DNA of 64,000 nt, taken from assembly GCF_006345805.1 (NCBI RefSeq), contig NC_042999.1:96348001-96412000 (forward strand). The letters run 5' to 3'. Below, in pieces: positions 12,955 to 25,406 of this stretch (the first letter of the stretch is position 1; every line of letters starts with the position of its first letter). This DNA is from Octopus sinensis (Eukaryota). A program made the position numbers and the translations under genes. Below the pieces are notes generated by a model. The model ran no database searches. It was not told the origin of the DNA and was given only the letters and a program-made list of their open reading frames with translations.

Positions 12955-14326
12955 TATATGTATATGGGTTTGTGTGTGTATGTATGTATATTCTAAATAT
13001 ATGTATGTCATATCACATATGTGCTACTGGTAATACGTAACCGACTATAACTTGTCGTGTGGTCAAGCCATCGGTGACTAAACTGGTCATTAAGCCGGTC
13101 ACCCTACCAAGCTTGCTTGGTAAGGAGGATGGTTTTCGCTAGACGTCACGCAGGAATAGAATTAAAACCTTTTAAAGTGCAAACGAACAGAGTGGAGTCA
13201 ACGGCCACCCAACAGATGGTATTGAGAGACCCGCCAGACTTTATTTAGTCATCTCTTGGAATACTTTAGCACTACATGTACAATTTCGTTTTTGTTTGCA
13301 AGCAATGCTACAGATTAGTTCTTCTTTTTCAACAAATGCATACGCTGTTTATAGGGTGGGATTGGTTCCTTAGAGATTGAGATTAGCCTGATAGGCCTTT
13401 CCTCTCTTTCAAAAGTTTTCAAGCAAAGGCATCGCTTAATTATTAACATCTCCATTTTGTGTTGCATATTATGACTGCGCGTAACCATAATGGAATGAAG
13501 GCATGCGTCGGCGTAGTTGGTAAGCTCTCCGAACACCTGTTGCAAGAGGCTCCCATCATTGTCACATCTGTGTAAAAGAATGTAGGTCCATAACAGGACT
13601 GAAAAGCCACTTCCATGCTGCTCGTGTTAACGGGGAAAATCAAGCGATGGAATTGCTTGAAACCGAGTTGCAGCCATCATGTTCTCTCTCACACTCTCTC
13701 TTCGCTCCACACTCACTCGCACGCATGCACACACACACACGTATATAATATATACATATAAATACACACGCGTACATATATATGTGTAAATATATTTACA
13801 CATATATATATGTATAGGGAGAGAAAGAGAGAGAGAGAGGGAGAATACATGTATATGAATATATATAGATATAATATTTGTACACACATAGATATATATG
13901 CATAACATACATACATACAGATATATATATATATGATAATTCGTCCATCAAATTTGACATTGGACTAGGTCTTGCGAAAATATATGAATAAGTACGAAAC
14001 AATGAAAAAGACATAACCAAAGAAAGAAAAAACCGAAAATAATGAAGCTATTTCGGTTATTGATGGTCAATAAACAGAATGACATAAAACATGCACCACC
14101 TTAACATATAGAGCCCAGAGAATCAGACCGCTCTTCCCTGCATTAAGCTATTACAGTATTGCGTCTTAACTGCAGTTGTAGTGGCTGGGATCTTTGATAT
14201 AATGCAATGGCATCCATTTAGGGAGCTGCTATAATTTTGAAGCCCAAATACAAGTGTTAAACATTCCACGATCCTTTCTCTCTCTCTTTGTTTCTCTGGA
14301 TACACACACATACTCATACACATACA

Positions 14327-14397
<71 letters not shown>

Positions 14398-14400
14398 AAA

Positions 14401-14550
14401 TCTTTTCTACTCTAGGCACAAGGCCCAAAATTTTGGGGGAAGGGGCCAGGAAATTAGATCGACCCCAGTACGCAACTGGCACTTAATCTACCGACCCCGA
14501 AAGGATGAAAGGCAAAGTCGACCTCGGCGGAATTTGAACTCAGAACGTAA
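14401..14550 (-). mobile_element. SINE family B, 5'-truncated (ctagagtagaaaaga tail)
   Basis: Reverse complement of the family B body: gaaaggatgaaaggcaaagtcgacctcggcggaatttgaactcagaacgtaa. Confidence 0.9.
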
Positions 14551-14860
14551 ACATTTTTAAGGATTTAAGGATTAATTTTTTAAGGATATATATATAAGTA
14601 TATATATATATATATATATATATATTTCAGTAGTAATATTTCGAAAACTGCTTTCAAGTGATATATAATCCTGGCAGTTATCGTGTTGACTCTTAGATCA
14701 ATTCTCAATGCCAGTTAGCCACAGCGAATGTTGGTGATACTCGAGTTAATGATAATTTACTAGAATCAGTTATTATCCTCGTTTGGTGAATCCGAATGTC
14801 CTTTTAAGGACTGCGTAGTTCAGTAAAGAAAATAATGAAATTAATAAACATCAGGACAAC

Positions 14861-15110
14861 GGGGATTTACACATCCATATTTCATTATACAATTATTTGC
14901 AGCATTCTTCCTTTGGACCTACGCGCGTTTCGGCTGCATCTGCAGCTCACTGTTATGTGTGCATCTTGGTGTTAATTGTCGGTGCACCTTCTTCAGGATC
15001 CGTTGTTTGCTGCACATTACAGTGTTCAGTGGATGCAGCCGAAATGTGTGGTGTCCAAAGGAAGAATGCTGCAAGTAATTGTATAATGAAATATGGATGT
15101 GTAAATCTCC
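14861..15110. repeat. Inverted-repeat pair (arms 14861-14940 and 15032-15110)
   Basis: ggggatttacacatccatatttcattatacaattatttgcagcattcttcctttggac...cggctgcatc versus gatgcagccgaaa...gtccaaaggaagaatgctgcaagtaattgtataatgaaatatggatgtgtaaatctcc. Confidence 0.9.
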
Positions 15111-15201
15111 GCTCTCCTGATCTTTATAAATTTCATTATGTGGGTGTACATACATACATGCACATACATATATATATATACACATCAATTCATATATATA
15201 G

Positions 15202-15242
<41 letters not shown>

Positions 15243-15287
15243 GTGTGTGTGTGTGTGTGTGTTCGTGTGTGTGTGTTTGTGTGTGTT

Positions 15288-15677
15288 TAAGTTGATGAAT
15301 GCTGCCATAATCCTTGCCTACGGTTAAAAGGAGTTTTGCTGATCTCTTGCTCAACTGCGCCCTACATATAATAATCAAGGCGGTTGCAGTCTGGGGAGTT
15401 AGGTGGCCAGCTGTTAGGGGTGATGTGGTCGCAGAAATTGTCTGACAGCCATGACTGGGTTCTCCTAATTGTGTGGCATGGTGCAGATTCCTGTTGCCAG
15501 ACATAGGATCTTCCAGCAGCCACCCTCTTGACCCAGAGCAGCATTACCTCCTCCAGGCATTTAATGTAAGCCTCCGTGTTGAGTTTGAGCCCGTGTAGAA
15601 AGATGAATGGAAACATAACATCGCCATCATTAGTGATCATTCCAAACACCATGATGTTGACTGGATGTTTGATCTTT
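15288..15677 (-). pseudogene. Tc1/mariner-superfamily DD37D (maT-like) transposase fragment
   Basis: KHPVNIMVFGMITNDGDVMFPFIF...YVWQQESAPCHTIRRTQSWLSDNFCDHITPNSWPPNSPDCNRLDYYM*. There are 37 residues between the second catalytic position (E here instead of D) and the D of RLD; in-frame stop follows. Confidence 0.85.
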
Positions 15678-16208
15678 AATCACTCTTGGTACATCTAAGA
15701 TTGCACTGTCTTCAGACTGACACTCAAACACGCTAAAATGTATGTATTGGAGCTTCTGGCCCGAATGTCAAGCAGTCCAGCATGTCTTTTCCAAATTTCT
15801 GGCAGAGTGAATTGTATCTTGGTGCTGTTTTACTCAGAGATAGTGCCCAACTGACCCTACTATACTGTGTAGTCAAATCGAAATATCCTTTATTTCGCAT
15901 GCACAAAGTAAAAGATATAAAATGGCGACAATTTACCCGTCGCACCTTGTGTGTGTATGTGTGTATGTGTATTTAAATTTATTTACGGGATACGTTTTGA
16001 ATATGCAAATGAAGTCTCTATTCTATTATGCCAGGTACAGTCTAATGATGCTGACTGGTGAACCAGATTTTTGGAATTGTACTGAGCTGTATCGATGTAC
16101 AATTTTAATGTATTAAAATATTTATAAACTCTATCCAGGTACCATTCCTATTATTACTTATTACTACACACACACACACACACACCACCCACACACACAC
16201 ACACACAC

Positions 16209-16253
<45 letters not shown>

Positions 16254-16257
16254 GAAA

Positions 16258-16632
16258 TAAGTAACGAGGATGCACCAGGTATTGGTGCATTACGACCGTT
16301 GCAAGCGACTCCATTTAATCGATCAATGCAAACATTACATCAATTTGAAATAAAGAAAAATATTTTTCTTCTGCCACTCTAAATCATAGTAGGCTTTAGG
16401 TATTTTTCCTAAATATATATATATATAGCAAGAAGAAATAATGAATTCCAGTCCTAGGGAAATTTTTCTAAAAAATTATAATGGGGTATCCTGTATGTTG
16501 GAAATCTATATTGTCATACGCATCCGAGGAGAGTGGTTTGTTTGAAATCGATGTAATATTTGCATTGATCGATTAAATGGACCCACTTGAAACAGCCGTA
16601 ATGTACTAATACCTAGACATCCTTGTTACTTA
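16258..16632. repeat. Inverted-repeat pair (arms 16258-16346 and 16545-16632)
   Basis: taagtaacgaggatgcaccaggtattggtgcattacg...ccatttaatcgatcaatgcaaacattacatcaattt versus aaatcgatgtaatatttgcattgatcgattaaatgg...gtaatgtactaatacctagacatccttgttactta. Confidence 0.85.
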
Positions 16633-16704
16633 TTTACTTTTTATTCACTTAACTTCGACAGAATTGGTGCCTCAATTTAAGTATCTAATTCTGCTGAATT
16701 TTAG

Positions 16705-16735
<31 letters not shown>

Positions 16736-17032
16736 GCACACAGACACACACACACACACACACACACATATATGTATAACATTCAAGAGACAGAGAAAAT
16801 GGTATTCATAAGATTCTTTATTAATCACTACGATCTTTTCGACCCATCATGCATTGGTCCTTCGCGATGCACATTGGCTCGAAATGATCGTAGTGATTAA
16901 TTAAGAAACTCGTAAATTCCGTTTCCTCTTTCTCTCATGTTATATATTCAATGATGAATCAGGTACCTGAAAAGAGTAAACGTGCTTAAAATAGCATATT
17001 ACCACGTTGAAATTGTTATATATATATATATA

Positions 17033-18360
17033 TATAATTTCAACAATTGAGGGTAAAATTAATTAATTATTAATCAATTTCACCAAGTATTCAGTATGTA
17101 AAGGGACCATTATAGGCGAATTCAAAATATTACATTATATATAAGGGCTTAGTAAAATAAATTACTTTGCCACATACTGAACTCATTAGAAATAGCAGCT
17201 AAAGAAATTTCTTCAGCTATTTCTAATACTTAAAGAAGATCTCTCTCAGATAGTGTTTGCCTAAACCAACTCACAAAAGTATGGGGGAAAAAACATTAAA
17301 AAATCAAGTGCAAAGGTTATGTGAGAACGTACGTTTCTAGATTAGTCCATTCGACATTTCTTTCTTCAGCTCAGAATTCCTTGAATCGGATTTGGGAACA
17401 CTGAAAGTCGGGAGCATACCCTTTCGGCTTCTAATCACCTCTAGAATTCTGCTCGAACTAAAAGTGCTATCAAATTCGAATATGCAAGCGAAGAATTTCT
17501 GCTCTCCCCTTTCCACCAGCGTGGGTTAAAATTGACAAACACCATGTATTAACGGTGAAAACGCAGCATTTAGCAGAGAGAGATGAATTATAATTTCAAC
17601 AATTGAGGGTAATTAATTATTATTATTAATCAATTTCACCAAGTAGTCAGTATGTAAAGGGACCATTATAGGCGAATTCAAAATATTACATTTATATAAG
17701 GGCTTAGTAAAATAAATTACTTTGCCACATACTGAACTCATTAGAAATAGCAGCTAAAGAAATTTCTTCAGCTATTTCTAATACTTAAAGAAGATCTCTA
17801 CTTAAAGAAGATATAATGTAATATTTTGAATTCGCCTATAATGGTCCCTTTACATACTGAATACTTGGTGAAATTGATTAATAATTAATTAATTTTACCC
17901 TCAATTGTTGAAATTATAATTCATCTCTCTCTGCTAAATGCTGCGGTTTTCACCGTTAATACATGGTGTTTGTCAATTTTAACCCACGCTGGTGGAAAGG
18001 GGAGAGCAGAAATTCTTCGCTTGCATATTCGAATTTGATAGCACTTTTAGTTCGAGCAGAATTCTAGAGGTGATTAGAAGCCGAAAGGGTATGCTCCCGA
18101 CTTTCAGTGTTCCCAAATCCGATTCAAGGAATTCTGAGCTGAAGAAAGAAATGTCGAATTGACTAATCTAGAAACGTACGTTCTCAAATAACCTTTGCAC
18201 TTGATTTTTTAATGTTTTTTCCCCCATACTTTTGTGAGTTGGTTTAGGCAAACACTATCTGAGAGATCTTCTTTAAGTATTAGAAATAGCTGAAGAAATT
18301 TCTTTAGCTGCTATTTCTAATGAGTTCATATGTGGCAAAGTAATTATTTTACTAAGCCCT
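17033..18360. mobile_element. Young compound repeat: 556-bp unit, partial head-to-tail copy, then inverted copy; forms a fold-back with arms of about 550 bp
   Basis: tataatttcaacaattgagggt occurs at 17033 and 17589. 17814-18360 is the near-identical reverse complement of 17144-17692. Flanked by (TA)n on both sides. The architecture resembles Penelope-like insertions (inference). Confidence 0.9.
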
Positions 18361-19115
18361 ATATATATATTATATTAATATATATATTATATATATATAT
18401 ATAATATATATATATATACATGCACACACACACGTATCACTGCATATGTCTTTCGCATCTTCGCTCTGGGGAACGGAGCCTCAGTTCTAAAGCCTCTCTA
18501 TCACTATATATGTGTGTGTGTACGTATATGTATATGCATATATACATACACTTATATAAAAATAAACAACAATTCTTCCATCCCCATGCGTATATTTCAT
18601 TCTTTAAACTAAAAACACTTCACAAGTTACATGTACGTGTATGGAAGTGTGCATTCATGCATATGTCGGCATGTGCATATAATATATATATATATATATA
18701 TGTGTGTGTGTTTATATGTATGTATCTATGTATGTATATTTGTTCAAAAATTTAATACTACGATAACAACAACAACAACAACCACAGTACAAACCAACTA
18801 TAATCAATAAATATGAAACAAGAATATCAGTTAGGAATTGTTTATTGTTTTCTTCTTTATTATAGCAATTGTTTTCTTTATTGATTTCTTTTGTTCTTGA
18901 TCATCTTGGCCGTCACAGATACACCAGTCATGGATTGATGAACCAGACAGCTTCTCTCATCGTCGCTCTTCCCCTACACCTTATCGCACACATTTAGCAG
19001 TGAATGCGAGGATGTATGAATGTGTTTTAATGTTTACAAACTCTGAGGTTATACATGTGTGTGTGTATGTGTGTGTGCGTGCACTCTCGCGTATATGTAT
19101 ATTTACGGGTATTAT

Positions 19116-19170
<55 letters not shown>

Positions 19171-19248
19171 CATATGCTTACATATACACACACACCAATG
19201 TATGTAAACGAGTGCATGCGTATGAGTGGAAGTACACATAGTAAGCAA

Positions 19249-19325
<77 letters not shown>

Positions 19326-19924
19326 GATACACGCACATACGTACATGTATATATGTATATGTATGTATATACAAGCATGCAGGCGCATGCGTAATTGAAA
19401 GACTTGTTTGCAGCTATAAAGAATATATTGATGTTCGTATGTGCGTATGTGTGTGTGTGTGTGTATGTGTGTCACCATATGAGTGATTGGCCACGTTTAC
19501 TTTGTAGTGCCAGATTTTGCGTATGCGTGTATGTGTGTATGTGTGTATGTATACACACACATACACACACCTGCAAACACACACATAAACAAACATTCAC
19601 AAACAAAGACGCACACATTGATCAGTTCCTATTATACCTGACATCAGATATTGCTCTGCCTCCTCAGTAATTTATTCTTTCATTTCAGTATATGATTATT
19701 TGATTATTACTTCTTATTGCTATCTTCATTTTTCTTTAATTCTGTTATTGTCGTTTTTCTCTCTTATGTATTTTTCCTGTTTAAGATATCTACTCTCAGA
19801 TGCCAGTTATCTGCAACAGTATTCATAGCAGTGGGGGTGGTAAAAATAGTTCTACTACGAAGTGTATATTGTTTTTATTCTCACGCTTTCGCAGCTAATT
19901 TTGCTCAGTTATTGTTTGTTAGCA

Positions 19925-19948
19925 TTATTTTTACTATTATCATCATCA

Positions 19949-19981
<33 letters not shown>

Positions 19982-20040
19982 TATTATTATTATATTATTA
20001 TTATTATATTATTATTATTATTATTATTATCATTATTATG
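19925..20040. repeat. (ATT)n/(CAT)n trinucleotide microsatellite
   Basis: Directly visible. Confidence 0.9.
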
Positions 20041-20153
20041 GCGGGTTTTGAAATGGCCTTTATTAAAATAATGTTTTAATACTTTGCGCAAATATACAAT
20101 TTGATAAAAGGACATTTAAAAATAATATACTGCTAATGTATGCACGAGTGGAT

Positions 20154-20195
<42 letters not shown>

Positions 20196-20431
20196 ACATA
20201 TATATATACACGCGCACACACAAATATACACAAATATACGTGCGTGTGCGTGCACATGTGCGCGTGTGTATTGATGGGTTTATGTATGTATACTCTTTCT
20301 GTATTATTATTATTATATAAAGTTCATATCATAAGAGTTGTGCCCTAGCTAAGAAATAAAGTTTCTGCATTGGTTGTATCTATATTATGTGTAGATATAC
20401 GTATACATGCATATGTATATGTGTGTGTATG

Positions 20432-20515
<84 letters not shown>

Positions 20516-20603
20516 ATGTATGTATGTATGTATACATACATGGTATATATATATATATATGTATGTTTATATTTATAGTATGTATGTATATATATATATA
20601 CAT

Positions 20604-20647
<44 letters not shown>

Positions 20648-20672
20648 ATTTTTATGTATGTATATATATATG

Positions 20673-20717
<45 letters not shown>

Positions 20718-21439
20718 TATGTATACATAAACATAATACAGTTTCACACATCTTAGACACTTATATAGACATGTATACACACAAACATTGTGTGTACAGG
20801 TATGTATGTATATACGTGTGCGTGTGTTTAAGTTTGTGGACATATGTATATACGCATACATACACAAATGTGTGTATTGTGCAGTCTAATTGCCCAATTA
20901 AACTGCAGAGTGGAAAGGTGTTTACTTAGTTATGTAGCCACTTATATACAAAAATATATGAATAAATAAAAGCGACAGAATAAACACTTAATGTTTTAAT
21001 TAATCAACATTTAACAATTATCAGCGGCTTTTCGAAAATAAGTGAAAATGGCGTTCCTATTCAAATGTAGGTGTAGTTGGTGTTGTTGCTTCTGGCAGGG
21101 GGCGCTGGTGGTAAACGTATCTGTTGTGGTGGTGTTTCTGTGATGCTGATGGTACGATGGATCTAAGTGATGATGGTGGATTTACTTGTGGTTTGTCGCT
21201 GTTTAGCTCCAGGTCAACTCCAAGAGAGCTGACCTGTGATCAAAAAGATTCCAGTCATGACTATCCATTTGTATTTTTTCTTCTCATTTTGCGATGCGTT
21301 ACATATATCTTGGGCTACATTATTTAATGTATACCCTTCCTTCTTTTTCTTTAAGGCGGTGTAGTGTCGTGATTTGAGTGAGATTTGCCTGATATTTCTA
21401 GCATGTCGAGCGACCATGTAGAGGCTCCCTTGCTGGCTA

Positions 21440-21865
21440 GTTAGTAGTGGTATCTGATTATGGTAATAGTGACAGTGGTAATGACATTGGTGGTAGTGTT
21501 GTTGTTATTGTTGGTGAGTGTGTAATGAAAGTAATGGTGATGATCATAATGATATTGTAGTTGGTAGTAGCGTCAGTAGCTGGTGTTGTTTCTAGTATTA
21601 ATAGTGTTAATAATGATGATTTTGATGTTGGCGGTGGCGGTGGTAGTGGCGGTAATATAGTAGTGGTGTTGAAAGTAATAGCATGTACCAACTGCAATAG
21701 CACTAGTTGTTGTTGTTGCTGTGGTGGTGGTGGTGGTGGTTGTGGTGGTGGTAGTGGTAGTTTTACATCCAGCAAACTAGTATATAGTAGTAAAGTAGTG
21801 TTCTTGTTGGTATGTATCAGTTGCGATAACCTTACTAGCAGCGGTAGTAGTAGTAGTGGTGGTAA

Positions 21866-21915
<50 letters not shown>

Positions 21916-22018
21916 TAGTGCTGGTGTTGGGGGGATGCCAGGGTGATGATAAATAGAATGTCGACGATTCATGACAATTTGGTATAATAGTGATAACAGT
22001 AATGTATTGATGAGGGAA

Positions 22019-22067
<49 letters not shown>
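21440..22067. repeat. Mosaic (GGT)/(TAG)/(TTG) trinucleotide low-complexity tract
   Basis: Directly visible; includes pure (TAG)n runs near 21860-21913 and 22020-22067. Confidence 0.9.
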
Positions 22068-22068
<1 letters not shown>

Positions 22069-22216
22069 TTTTGACAGAAGTTGATTAAGGGTGCAAAATG
22101 GGATACTTGATGACATTTGTTTTGTTCTTTGTTGGTTTTTGTTTTTCTTAAGGGGGGGAGGGAGATTTCTCTTTATTTTTGATTTGCTTTTTTTCTTTCA
22201 GGTTGCACATTTAAAC

Positions 22217-22249
<33 letters not shown>

Positions 22250-23374
22250 ATATATAACAATATATGGATGTTGCTACCAGGACAACAATGGGTGATGGTT
22301 GCTATGAGACAAGCATCAGGTCGCATAACCAGCTTATGTTTGGCAGGGTAATGATGCATAACTTGCACAACCGGCTTGTCATCTTGATTTGTAAGTAGTG
22401 TAAGCGTATTTATCTCTTGAAGGACATCGACTCAGAGAGCATACCAGGTGCTTTGTGAGGGTGGAAGGAGGTAAGAGGGATGCGTAAAGGTGCTGTTGGT
22501 GAAAGTGCTGCGAGTAGGCTGAGCACAGAAAAGACTTTTTTGAGAACGGCAGATATCTAGCGATCGTTGAAGGAAAAACGAAAGCAAAAAACAAAAAAAT
22601 AGAAAGAAATGTGTTAAAGAAAGAAAGAGTGAAAGAAAGAAGGATCGTTGAAGAAAGAAAGGCAAGAAGGAAGCAGAGAAGTTTTGTATAGACTGAAAAG
22701 GTTACACAGAAAAACAGACAGACAGACAGAGAAAGTAAAAGAGAGAGAAAGAGACAGACAGACAAACAGGGGTGAGGTGATGGTCGTGAAGTTTTGTGTA
22801 GTTGACAGTTTTCTCAATGTTATGCAATATTTAACAAAAGATAGATAGAAAGATAGATAGATAGAGAAAGAGGGGGTAGACAGAAAGTCAATGAAATATA
22901 TAACAGATTGATAGTGATAAAGATGTGAAGTGTGTGTATGTGTGTATGTGAGGGAGAGAGAAAGAGAGAGAGAAAGATAGAGGTAGAAAAGACTGAAATA
23001 TGTGAATTAAAGTAGAAGAGAAGGCAGTAGGGGTGAGAAAAGGTGCGCCGTGGATTTGAGATAAAGTTGATTCAATGCAAGAATATGTCGTCAAAATCAA
23101 AATGTCTTACTCAAACAACAATTTCAAGACCAACAACAGCAACAAAAAATATAAATAAAAAAAATAATAATGAAATAAAACAGGAATAAAGAAAAAACAC
23201 CAAGAAAACACTTTAGAATTAAATAAAAGTTTATGCTTTGAACAAACAACAACAACAAAAAGAACAACAAAAATAAACCAAATCTATTGCATGCTTGATC
23301 TGAAACCGTTTGTCTGTTTTGGTGTTTTAACGTTGTAAACGATATTTACATACATCACATAAATATATACCCAA

Positions 23375-23406
<32 letters not shown>

Positions 23407-23707
23407 CTTGTGTATATATAGATATGTATACTTATATACATACATAGATATTTACATATATATGTATTATACATATATGTATATGTATGTGTATAGTATA
23501 TAGATATACATGAGAGAGAAAGTGAAAGTGAGAGAGAAAGGTGTGAGTGTGACAAGGAAAGGCTATATATATATATATATATAAGTGAGATGCTTAAACG
23601 GACAGATAATTACAGGCATATCCTTTGGTGAGAGGGGATGAGGAGATGTCAGCAAAAAAAAATTTAAAATTAAAAAAAATAATTGTTTGATGGCAGTCTT
23701 AGGTGTT

Positions 23708-23922
23708 TCAAGACTGTTGAACACGGGCCCTGAAATCCCTCGGGTCTTTACAATAGTCAAGAAGTTCTTCAATGGTACAGGTATTGTAGCAACACTCACA
23801 AACGATCCCACTCCAGTTGCGGTCACGCTTCACCAAGTAGGACTTGGCTTTCTTTTTACTAATGATAATGTCTTTGAGTGTACTACTTCTATGGCGGAGA
23901 CCTCGGGATGCATAAGGTGATA
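23708..23922 (-). CDS. Terminal coding exon of a molluscan-type insulin-like peptide precursor (C-peptide end, KR cleavage site, A chain, short C-terminal extension)
   Basis: Translation (x)[70 protein letters not shown]. Canonical insulin A-chain spacing CC-x3-C-x8-C; extra Cys in GIVCECC as in molluscan insulin-related peptides; dibasic KR before the A chain; strong acceptor tcttttatcttcttcttttgcag giving a phase-1 intron in the C-peptide, the conserved insulin-family intron position; TGA at 23708-23710. Confidence 0.95.
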
Positions 23923-23946
23923 CTGCAAAAGAAGAAGATAAAAGAG
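23923..23946 (-). promoter_or_regulatory. 3' splice acceptor (polypyrimidine tract plus CAG) of the insulin-like terminal exon
   Basis: Minus strand reads tcttttatcttcttcttttgCAG|TATCACC; AG at 23924-23923. Confidence 0.9.
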
Positions 23947-25203
23947 ATCTTAGCTTGTAAAACATAAAGAAATTCATCAGTTAGGACAGTAACAATATCA
24001 CCAATAGCTGTATCTTCATAACCATCAACAATGCCATTGAAAACCCTTCGAAATATAACTGACACGCATATCATCACCAGATCATTTATATTCAACGAAT
24101 ACATTTTATACATTTATTCTTTTACTGGCACCGGATAATTAAAAACGTTAAAAGAGAATCTACAAACAGCAAGCAAGGTAGTTAACTGGAATAATACTGG
24201 ATCAGCTGATATTATGGAACAAGAAGGTTTTGTAATCATGCACAGCATTCACATAGCTGTATGGAAACATTTAGAAAATGTTCTCACTACCAGAACACGT
24301 AACTCCAAGTTTTCCTAATTATATTTAAGTGGGAAGAGACCTACTTTTATAAAGACATACTTTTCAAAAAAAAAAAAAAAAAGAAAAGAAAAAAGACGGG
24401 TATTCCATATGTAAACATAACAATGAACATAAGGTCCATTCAATTTAGTGATGTTCTTCAGTAGATTAAAAGTTATTAAAAAATTGGTCATATTTCGATC
24501 ATATTTCTAATCTTGCATTTAGAAATGCAAGAATTATATACATTTTTCGTATCTTTTATCCTGTTCTAATATAGTCCATTTTTCTCAAGGATCTTCCACT
24601 TAATATTGAAATTGATTCCATGTTCTTTTACATACCAGATGTAAGTAGACAACTGCGTTACATTCCTCTTTCTTATATGTTTAAATGATGAAATGTGACC
24701 ATACCTACATTAAATTTACACACTACGTTAAAGTTTTATTTGTTGGAGGCGACTTCACTTTATATATGATTGCTTCGACAGTGCATGACTGATTAAGAGA
24801 GATGCATTAATATTTTTGCATACATAGTTAGGCTAAGTTTATTTAGTAGGGTAATATGCTGTTAATTTTTTTGTATCAGTAGCACAATTGTAACTCAGTT
24901 ACAGTTAAAACTGTTTCTGTAGAATAATTTTTGTACCTGTAGTTAATAGAGAAATTCTAATCCGTTAAGGTTGGGGATTCTTAGTAATGCTAGACTTCCC
25001 ATATTAAAATGAAGATTGTATTAACCAGATATTATTACAGTGTCTTTTCTTAGTGTAGGATAGCAGTACTGGATGGAATAAAAAGATCATATCTTTAAAT
25101 ACACTAGATTCAAATGTATTATTATAGTACGAGCCACTGTATCAAAGATATTGTCATTCGATGACAATTTGGATATTCTACTGATAATATTAATGAGATT
25201 TTT

Positions 25204-25406
25204 AAGGTGGCGAGCTGGCAGAAACGTTAACACGCCGGGCGAAATGCTTAATAGTATTTCGTCTGTCTTTACATTCTGAGTTCAAATTCCGTCGAGGTCG
25301 AATTCACCTTTCGGGGTAGATAAATTAAGTTGCGTAGTGAGGTCGATCTAATCGGCTGCCCCGCCTCCCCAAAAATTTCGGCCCTTGTGCCTAGAGTAGA
25401 AAAGAA
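25204..25406 (+). mobile_element. SINE family B (ctagagtagaaaaga tail) with imperfect target-site duplication
   Basis: Family B head and body; flanks aatattaatgagatttttaa and aatattagtgagattttaa. Confidence 0.9.

Noticed and set aside
21458-21956. Pro/Gln/Thr-rich (minus) and Gly/Ser/Cys-rich (plus) ORFs that might be a mucin-like extension of the insulin
   Set aside because: Trinucleotide-repeat mosaic with stops in the Thr frame; the insulin exon has its own stop and no usable donor after the last Cys.
24242-24253. Minus-strand CECC codons about 450 bp upstream of the real CECC
   Set aside because: Followed by Ala then stop and preceded by stops; no x3-C-x8-C; treated as chance.
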